A model generated the notes under the pieces. It made no database searches, had not been told where the DNA came from, and worked only from the letters and a program-made list of their open reading frames with translations. Both the position numbers and the translations under genes were made by a program. Below are positions 53,660-64,000 of a stretch of 64,000 bases of DNA, one piece after another (the stretch's first letter is position 1; each line of letters starts with the position of its first letter). The DNA lies in assembly GCA_012295275.1 (NCBI GenBank), contig CM022678.1:11346001-11410000 (forward strand), given 5' to 3'. This DNA is from Chrysomallon squamiferum. Taxonomy: Eukaryota; Animalia; Mollusca.

Positions 53660-53980
53660 ACATGTTACGTCACATGATTAAAAGTTTCACAAAGTTTTAA
53701 TTATTCACCAGTTTAGTGCCACTAAAAACCTCCTGTTTCCTAGCAACCGGGTCAACGAACTGTTCAACTGCACTGGGGAAAAGGCCACACAAGAGTTACA
53801 TAAGGGGCATTAATCCCCCCCTCTCTCTCTCTGTAAATAAAATATCTGGCATTTTTCTCAAAGAAAGCCTCAGCCATGTTTGTTTGCATTTTATTATCAA
53901 TAAAACATGTTTCCATGGCAACCCTTGGGGTCTGTTAGTGCATGCCATGAACCAAATAGTTTGGTTACGTAACAGTGGGG
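53660..53980. promoter_or_regulatory. RFX + bZIP enhancer-like module
   Basis: TTACGTCA at 53665, X-box GTTTCCTAGCAAC 53735-53747, GTTACATAAG at 53795, X-box GTTTCCATGGCAAC 53909-53922, and GTTACGTAAC 53964-53973. Confidence 0.6.
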
Positions 53981-54981
53981 ATCTGTTACTTTTTCTTGCC
54001 TACAGGGGGCACTGTTAACAACAGGCAACTGCTTTGAAGATTGCCACCTTCTGTGGGGCCCTGTTTGGGTTATTTGATGATGTGGGTTTTTTTGTTCTAT
54101 GTGTAAGATGTAAATCAACTTATAAAAGAAGATGGTATATGTGTAAAAAAAAAAAAAAAGAAATAAGAAAGCATTTTAATTAAAATTATTTTTTAGTATA
54201 TATTTAATATTATATATGAAAAACATGAGAATATTTTTCTTTCTGTGTTGACTTTTCTGATATATTTCTGTCTTTCTGTTTCTTTTGTCTTCTAAATTAT
54301 ATCTTTCTTTTTTCAGTTTCCTTTCAAATCAACATGAATGTTAATATTATTATTTTTTTTTTTTCTATTTTTTCTTATTACTATTATTTTACTATTACTA
54401 TTATTACTATCATTATTATTAGTATTATTATTAGTACTATTATTATTATTAGTATTACTATTAGTACTATTATTAATATCTTTGTAATTATTTTTATTTC
54501 ATCATCACAATTTTATAACTATTAATATGCATAATTTTAAATTTCAGTTTTGCAGAATAATAATAATAATAATAATAATAATCATAATAATCATAATAAT
54601 AATGATAACAACAATGATGATGATGATGATAAATAATATTAACAGCAACCACAACAGTTTTAGAAAAAGGAAACAATCCATTAATTTTCTTTCTTTTTTT
54701 TTTTACATTTAAATTAAAAACTGAATTTATTCCGTGTACCCCAAGAGTGCCCCAGGTATGAAAATGTTTACAGATGTGTGCCAATCACACTTGTGTCGTG
54801 TAGAGAAATGTCTGACGTGTGTCTGTCTGAAACCCAATATGTCTCTCATAGACTGATTTCCTTCAGAGGTTCCACTTCATAACCACACCCAACAACCATC
54901 TCTTAGACTGGTACTCACAGTTTGTTACGTGACAGAGGAAACTTCTTTTCAGTTTTAGTCTTTTTGAATTTTTAGTGTGGG

Positions 54982-55316
<335 letters not shown>

Positions 55317-55596
55317 AAATGATATATTATCTACCTGTCTGTATGTGTGTCTGTCTGTGTGTCTGTCCTCTTGTCCATCCATCCATCCATGTGTGTACCT
55401 AATTGTCTGTCAAAGTGTCCATTAATCCATGTTTCTGTCTGTGTAGTACGTGAATGTACAAACAGATGCATGGATGGATTAATTTAATTTTCTGTGAAGT
55501 GAAACAAAGAGCTGATGTGATGATGTGCCCACACTTAATCTTTATACCTAACTTTATGTTCAACAAAACACAATTAGCACCCCACATACACACACA

Positions 55597-55636
<40 letters not shown>

Positions 55637-57300
55637 ACCCTTAGAGGTACATGCACACACACATACACATATACACCAATACACACACAGACTCACGCAC
55701 ATACACACGCACACACATTCTACACACACAGAGAGACTGTTAAAGCAAGGTATGTCTGTGTGTGTGTGTGTGTGTGTTATGTGTATGTATATTTGCATGT
55801 ATTTAAGTATGTAAGTATGTGTGTATGTATGTATGTGTGTGTGTATGTGTCTAAGTTTCTATTTACCAGCTTATTTCTGTATACATTTGCATTATTTTAT
55901 TATATTAGATTACCTTACATTACTTTACTTTGTATTATATTACTTTGTATTATATTACTTTACTTTTTATTATATTACTCTGTATTGCATTATGTTTATC
56001 ACATTACATTATATTTTATTACATTACATTACATTATTTTAATTATGTTACATTACATTACATTATAGAAAACTAAAACTAAAAAAAATAATAATTAATC
56101 ATGTTAGTTCTGTCACTAAATATTAGCATCATTTTTTTTTTTTTTTTAATAATTTCTTTAGTTTCTTATGAATTACCGTATGCACTTTTCATCAAATGAA
56201 AATTACTGAATCATTTTTTTGATGTGGAAACCCACCACCACCACACCAACCCCCCCAAAAGACCCCCCCCCTGTGGCTGAGAGTGCTGTAGAAGAAATGT
56301 CAGTGTTTGCTTGAGGACACCAGAAAAAAAAAAAAAAAAAAAATCTATTAATCTAAAAGAGAAGAAGAAGAAGAAGAAGAAATGGTTGTCTTCTGAGGGT
56401 TTTATAATTCTATCAGTTGTGAAGAGATGCTTGTAAAAGAATTAGTTTTGGTTTTGGGCACAGGCGTTTGTTTATAAATGTTCATTAACAGATTTTTGTG
56501 ATTTTTAAAAAAAGTGTAATTTGACTAGTTTCTGTCACTGATGAAAACAGTAAAATTAATGTTTTTCACTTTGTTTGTATGGTGAAAAAAAGAATAAAAA
56601 AAAAAGACAAAATATCAGCTTTGTGTGAATTGATAGATACACAGAAGACAGAAAGACAAAGTGACAGACAGATAGATAAACACACATACATACAGACACG
56701 TTTATACAGTATGTGTGTGTTAGTGTGTCTAATGTTATATCTGTGTGTGTTTATGTATATGTGTGTGTGTGTATACAAGACAAACAGAAACACACACAGA
56801 CGGACAATCTGAACATCCAAATGTTTGTTAGATAATATATTTTGAGAGCTAAATAATTTAAAAAAAATAAATAAATATAAATAAATAAAATAAATACCAT
56901 CCACGACGCAGACACAAACTGTTCAAACATTAACACAAAAATAATGATTTCCATCTTCACTGTGTTTGTACACACAAATTCTTAGTCTCAGGATGTTCAA
57001 ACTGGTCAAGAACAGTCAGAAAAAAAGTAATCAACACATTCGCAGCAAACATGCATCATCATAATACAACCATAACAAAAAAAAAAAAAAAAAAAAAAAA
57101 AAAGTGATGACCATTTGCATCGGTCATTCCTTCTGGTCAGTCATGTTCGCTTTAACGAGACGAGGGCAGAGTCCAGTTGCGATGTAAAGCTGTCGCGCGA
57201 ATTGAGTCGTCCACCGAAAAATATCTCCTGCCATTTTTATCTGCCATAAATGATTAATCCAGTCCTCCTCCCAAATAAAAAAAATGTCTCTTGCAGTACG

Positions 57301-57314
57301 GTTTCTATGGCAAC
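57301..57314. promoter_or_regulatory. RFX X-box
   Basis: GTTTCTATGGCAAC, located inside a CpG-containing island (about 57100-57450). Confidence 0.5.
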
Positions 57315-57477
57315 GACGCCACGAAATCCCTGGCTTTTTGGTGGGTGAGGAATTAAAACTGTTTGAATGACTCTCAGACAGTGAGAGGACTTTGTCAGAG
57401 AGGGTGGGTGGGTGTCGCGTGCAGTCTGTGTAGACGGTTTCCTACTATGAAAAGTCTTGTTTTTATTGCTGTGTGTT

Positions 57478-57533
57478 GATGATTGGATGATGATTGGATG
57501 ATGATTGGATGATGATTGGATGATGATTGGATG
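57478..57533. repeat. 11-bp tandem repeat (GATGATTGGAT) x5
   Basis: Visible perfect repeat. Confidence 0.95.
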
Positions 57534-57955
57534 TGAGTTTTGTGTACCAAGTCTGTGTGGCGAAATGTCAAATTTATTCATAGTCACAAACACATCTCTC
57601 TCTTTTATTTCTCTCTTTTTGTCTCTCTGTCTGTACTTTTATCTTTCTTTCTGTATTTTTATCTTTCTTTCAGTCTTTTTATCTGTCTTTCAGTGTTTTG
57701 GGTGTGATGTTAAATTGTGTGTTTAGAATGTGATCTTGTATGCGTCTACTTACTTGTTCCTCTTTAGTATCCTGGTGAAAATAATTACTTGTTCTTACAC
57801 AAACACAAACACACTACACACACACAAGAAGACCTGTGACTATTCCACATGTTACTTTTGTCAATAAGCAGTAAGAAATCTTTTGTGTAGACCTACTCAT
57901 GGTCAGCAGAACACACACATGTATGTAGATATATTCATCATTTTCAGCTGCTTTC

Positions 57956-58026
<71 letters not shown>

Positions 58027-58119
58027 CTTTCATTATTTCTTTATTTCTCTTTGTTTCTCATTAAAAAATTTCTCTCTCTGTTTTGGTGTTCATATAGATA
58101 AAAATAAAATTATATGTAC

Positions 58120-58199
<80 letters not shown>

Positions 58200-58243
58200 A
58201 CAGCAAATAATTAAATCATTGAAAATTAATAAAAATATTTAAT

Positions 58244-58276
58244 TTTTTGTTCATTTTTGTTTATTTTTAGGTAAGT
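58244..58276 (+). other. Candidate recursive splice site (3'ss abutting 5'ss)
   Basis: TTTTTGTTCATTTTTGTTTATTTTTAG|GTAAGT, with AG at 58269-58270 and GTAAGT at 58271-58276. Confidence 0.35.
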
Positions 58277-58494
58277 GTCGTACTTTGAAAATTCTTTGAA
58301 GATGATCCTGAAAGGGTAGGAACATTTTCCTTTTTTTTTCTTTTTTAAGTCAAAACATTTTTAGCTTTAGTTTTTAGTTTTATTCATCTCAACATTCAGT
58401 TTAATGTGACTTTGTACTTCAGTCCTTCATATCAGTCTTGTTGATACCCACACAACATAACCAGGTTCAGACTGAGAATGATGTAAATGCCTCA

Positions 58495-58702
<208 letters not shown>

Positions 58703-58913
58703 CTCTCTCTCTCTGTATCTCTCTGTATACCAGTGAACTCTGTAAGTCAGGCACCTGTGTAATGAGATGACTTGAACGTCACTAGCAGACAAACTGCGAC
58801 CGGATTCGCGTTTTTGCTCAGATTGTTTGTAATGCGTTGTTCTCACTAACACACTTTTTGCTGTTTATTATTTGCTCACGGACCTTTTCATTTTCCTTTC
58901 ATTTCATTTTTCC

Positions 58914-58988
<75 letters not shown>

Positions 58989-59967
58989 ACCTGATGCTGA
59001 CACCATTATGAACAGTAAGCGATCGCAACGTAACATTCCCCCCCCGAAAAAAAAAAGAAAAAAAAAAGGGACCTTTCTTTTCTTTTTAATCTTTTTTGTA
59101 TGTTTGTCTTTGTGTCTGATTTTCTGTATCAGATTCTGGGTTTTTTCACACACACACAAACACACACACACCTATGTAAACACACACACACACAGAGACA
59201 CACATATACACACACACACACACCTATGAAAATGCAAACACACACACACATACACACACACACATACACACACACACACGTAGGCAAACACCTATACACA
59301 GAGACACATGCGTACTAGTCCTTCGGCTCGATGAACAGTCAAGAGAAGACAACTGCGGGCAAACAGATAATGTATCATGTCTGACTGTGTGCAAGTTCCG
59401 GTGAGGTATCTCTATAAAAACTCAGACCATTGACTTCTGTTTCAAACAACACACAACAATATCTTCAAACAGTCAGACCTTTTTCTCGTCAAAAACACAA
59501 AAACAGGTAGGAACTTTTTCACATTTAGCTGTTTTAGTTATGAAAAAAGTGTTAGCAGTGTTTTAGTTATAATGTATGATTGTTATTTTTGATTTAATTT
59601 TAATTTGTTTTAAAAAAAATGAAAACTATTATTGGTTGTTTTTTTTTCCCCCTATGTTATGTTAATTTATTTTAATTTTTTTAATACAGGTAATGTTGTG
59701 TAGATAATGTTTAACTTTCATGGGTTTTTTTGTTTGTTGAAGTTATAAACATATTTAGAAAGGCTGAAAAAAAGTTGTAGAGAAAGAATGGGGGGAGGGA
59801 CAGTGAGAGAAAGAAAGAGAGAGTAAGGGAAAGAGAGAGAGACACAGACAGAGTATTAAGAAAATTCTTATTTCATTCTACAAAATTAAATAATGAAAAA
59901 TCAAAAAGTCTTTTTGGAACAAAATGTTTTTTTTTATACTTTTTTCTTCAGAGTTTTAATATAACAT

Positions 59968-60036
<69 letters not shown>

Positions 60037-60213
60037 GACTTTTTCTGTCTTTCTCTCTAGTAATACTAAGATTTCGTCCATGAATCTTCAGATTTCACAT
60101 TAGTTTCTGTAGTAGCCATTGTAAACAGACAAACATACATTTACATATGTATGTATACATATATTTATATGTATATATATACGTATGTACATATGTGTAT
60201 ATATATATATACA

Positions 60214-60259
<46 letters not shown>

Positions 60260-60959
60260 TATATAGATATATATATATGTATGTATATATAAGAAAAAGA
60301 AAAAAAAGTCAGTTTGATATTTTTTATTTTTACATGTTACAATCAGTCAAAAAAAAAATAAATAAAAAAATATAAATAAAAAATAATAATAATTTCTATT
60401 TTTTTTTCACAACCTCAGATTACTGACATAAACATATTTACAGTAAAATAATGTTTTTTGTTTGAATGTTAATTTCTCCTGTAACTTAGAAACAGAATAT
60501 TCATAAAATTCTTGTTTGCTTCTACAAAATGATATAATGATAAAATCGTTTTGGAACAAAATAAAAAGAACATTTTTCTTTCTTTAATGATGGAAGTAAT
60601 AATTATTTCAAATTTTTTTTTTTTTTTTAATTAAATTTTTTTTTTTTTTTTTTTTTTTTTGGATATTTCTTAAACCCCCCCCCCATACTATGGTCAATAA
60701 ATGCTAGATTATTTCCACCAATACACAATTTTAATGGTGGCTAAATGTGTTTATTATTTGTTTTTTTCTACTTTATGTAATATTTATTTTCTTGGTATAC
60801 TTGTTGTCAGTCAGATATATATATATATATACTTTATAATCATGAAAGGTTTTACTTCTAATATTTATTTTGTTGACTTAATTCATTTCAATACTGCTGT
60901 TATTATTAATTTTTTTATTATTATCATTATTTGTTTTATTATAATATTATTATTGTTAT

Positions 60960-61500
60960 CTGTTTTTTTATTATCAGTTTTATTATTAGTATTTTTTATT
61001 ATATTATTATTATTATTATTGTTATTATCAGTTTTATTATTAGTATTTTTTATTATATTATTATTATTATTATTGTTATTATCAGTTTTATTATTAGTAT
61101 TTTTTATTATATTATTATTATTATTATTATTATTATTGTTAATATCTATTTTATTATTAGTATTTTTTATTATTATATTATTATTATATTATTATTATTT
61201 ATTGTTATTATTATTTTATTATTAGTATTTTTATTATTTTATTATTATTATTATTGTTTATTGTTATTATTATATTTATTATTTTGTTAATATCTATTTT
61301 ATTATTTATTTTTTATTATTATATTATTATTATTATTGTTAATATCTATTTTATTATTAGTATTTTTTATTATTATATTATTATTATTATTGTTAATATC
61401 TATTTTATTAGTAGTATTTTTTATTATTATTATTACTGTTATTATTATATTTATTATTATTGTTTATCTATTTTATTATTATTATTTTTTATTATTATTA
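60960..61500. repeat. AT-rich ~50-60-bp minisatellite built on (TTA)n
   Basis: TTTTATTATTAGTATTTTTTATTATATTATT.. recurs. It explains the periodic hydrophobic ORFs 60701..61608. Confidence 0.88.
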
Positions 61501-62334
61501 TTACTGTCACTATCTTCGTTTTTTTTTCTCTTTTTATTTGAAGTGGGGTTTTTTTTTCTGCTTTATGATTACGGAAGAACTCTCTGTGCTTATTTCTTTC
61601 ACCAATAAAGTTTATTGATCGCAAGGCAAACAAACACACTCACAGCCTTAACTGACAATAAACTAACTTTCCTTTGTTGTGTTCATCAGTCGTTCATTGC
61701 ACAAAACATGAAAGCGAGAGAGAGAGAGAGAGACCTGTTGTCCAGTATCTGAAGGTCGCTGTTTTTTTTATTTGTTTGTTTTTTGGGGTATGTTGTGATC
61801 ACTGACTGCTCATAATGGTGTCAGCGTAGGGTGGGTTATGACGATGTTGGTGTGGTTGGTGTTGTTTGTGTAATTATGTTAGAGTCAGGGATTTTGGTTT
61901 TTTTAACGATTTTTGAGAACGTTCGTCACTAAGAAGTTTGTAAAAAGTTTTTCTTTTTTTTTGCCGATATGGAATGTAAATACTTCTTCAAGAAACTGTA
62001 AAAAGTTTAAATATATATATGTATATATATATATATGTTCAGAAAGAAAAGAAAGAGCTACTTTGAAATTTTTATTTTTTGTTTTTAAACCTGTTGAAAC
62101 ATTGATTGTGTTAAAAAAAATAAAAGTTTCCTGTTGGAAAAAACTGCTGCACTTCTCAGGTATGTCTGATTCGATGTTTTGTTCTTTCCACTTTTTGTTT
62201 TCTTCTTGTCTTTAAACAAAGTTACTGACAGGTTAGTTCAGTTTTATTTGCTGCAGAAAGAAAAAAAATGGAAATCCAGGTTCACAAGTGATAATCATCT
62301 GTCCATTGTCACTATGACAAATTTTCAAAACACA

Positions 62335-62535
62335 TTACAAATGTTTGTTTCAATATTTCTATTTCTTTTAATTCTTTAAATTTTTAAATTTTGCAAATAA
62401 TATTATATCTCCATTACAAATGTTTGTTCAATATTTCTATTTCTTTTAATTTTTATTTAATCTTTTATTTATTTTATACACAAAAATTTGCAAATAATAT
62501 TATAATCTCCATTACAAATGTTTGTTCTATATATT
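62335..62535. repeat. Diverged ~80-100-bp tandem repeat, 3 copies
   Basis: CATTACAAATGTTTGTT recurs at about 62334, 62412 and 62510. Confidence 0.8.
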
Positions 62536-63589
62536 TTTTTTCATTTTTATTTTTTATTTTTTTATTTAAATCAGAGAATATACAAGAGATAAATGATTTT
62601 ATTCAGATGCTATCACTGCAGTTGTTGTATCGTTAATATCGTCAATTAATTCAAACATTAACTAAACGGGTTTTTGTTGGGCGTTGAGCAAAAACACATT
62701 GTGCTTTGTGTGTCCGTCTGTCTGTGCAGTTAGACGCTTTGTGATGCAGATTCCGGAACGAACAAACAACATTTTCAATTAGGGACATTATTTCGAGGAA
62801 AACAGTGCAGTGAAGGTAGCTGTTTTTATGAATAATAAATTGGGAAAATGAAGATGGAACTTAACGCAGCGATGAAGAAATGTTTTGTTGTTTCTGTGGG
62901 GAAATCAGCGAGAACGGAAAACGGAATATTTGTTACAGACTCTCGTATGCATGGACGCATGGACGGATTGATAGGTGGATGGATGGATGGACAGTTGATT
63001 ATTTAATTTTATGTGCAGATTGTATACAGTCAGTTTGTCTGTGTGTGTGTTACTGAGCTTTAAAATACCCTGAACACACAGACACACACACAAAACATGC
63101 ACACTACAAACACCACACACACACACACACAACTAACATTATACACACACACACACACACACACACACAGAGACACACACACATACATATTCCAACCTGA
63201 TTTTAATATTACAATTATTATTTTTTTTCTCTAACACAGAACTGACAAGTTGTGATGTTAAATAATGCAGAGCCGCTAGGACAGTGGCTATCTGGACTGA
63301 CCACTAGTGGACATCTGTCTGGCTACAATTAATTTCCCTCAACAAAATCACTGAAGCTAAAACTAAATTTTCGTTAATGACCACTTTTTCTCCCTGTCGT
63401 ATTTTTTTTTTTTTTTCTCTCTGCTGCCTGAGTTGTAAAGTTTTATTGGTTTCTGGTTATGCAATAAATTTCCATTTCTGCTTTTTTCAATCAGTTGAGA
63501 GTGTATCATTGTGTCCAGCTGATAGGTAATGATAGGTCAGTCATCGGTTTTTAATATCAGTTTTCTTTTTTGTGTGCTTACTTAGCTAA

Positions 63590-63598
63590 ACACATGCA

Positions 63599-63646
<48 letters not shown>

Positions 63647-63655
63647 GACACACAG

Positions 63656-63734
<79 letters not shown>

Positions 63735-63745
63735 TATATATACAC

Positions 63746-63777
<32 letters not shown>

Positions 63778-63800
63778 ACATACAGACACACACACATGGA
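63590..63800. repeat. (CA)n/(TA)n compound microsatellite
   Basis: Visible. Confidence 0.95.
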
Positions 63801-64000
63801 TAAACACACGCATATCTCATATTTTTATTTTTACTGTTGTCACATTTCGTCGCATTATAAACTAATGTTATTTATGGTAGAGATAAGAGATCACTCACCA
63901 TACATAAATATGTATTAATCTCGTATGTAACAGAGAGTAAACATGATATTCAAATGAGGTAATTAAAAAGAATTATTTTTGTTCTAGCATGAAACCGATC

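Overview
This is very AT-rich, microsatellite-saturated eukaryotic (animal-type) genomic DNA, most likely the inside of a giant intron or a gene desert. The repeat landscape is reminiscent of a large invertebrate genome such as a mollusc, but the taxon cannot be established from the sequence. I see no recognisable complete protein-coding gene, transposase/RT, rRNA, intact tRNA or CRISPR array. Essentially all listed ORFs are translation artefacts of simple or tandem repeats. The window alternates low-complexity tracts with 200-1200 bp GC/CpG-richer islands. These islands share a recurrent cis-regulatory vocabulary: an unassigned TGG(A/T)CA / TGACCACT word in direct, inverted and everted arrangements, about 7 RFX X-boxes, a perfect ERE-type IR3, many DR1 nuclear-receptor elements, PAR-bZIP D-boxes, and CCAAT/GC-box promoter-like modules. 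Other notable items are a candidate GC3-rich + strand exon with phase-compatible candidate microexons (30.5-38.8 kb), a textbook recursive-splice-site motif (58.27 kb), a near-identical inverted repeat pair about 10.5 kb apart, a tRNA-Glu-like SINE head, and several minisatellites. All motif counts are by eye and all functional calls are inferences that need testing.
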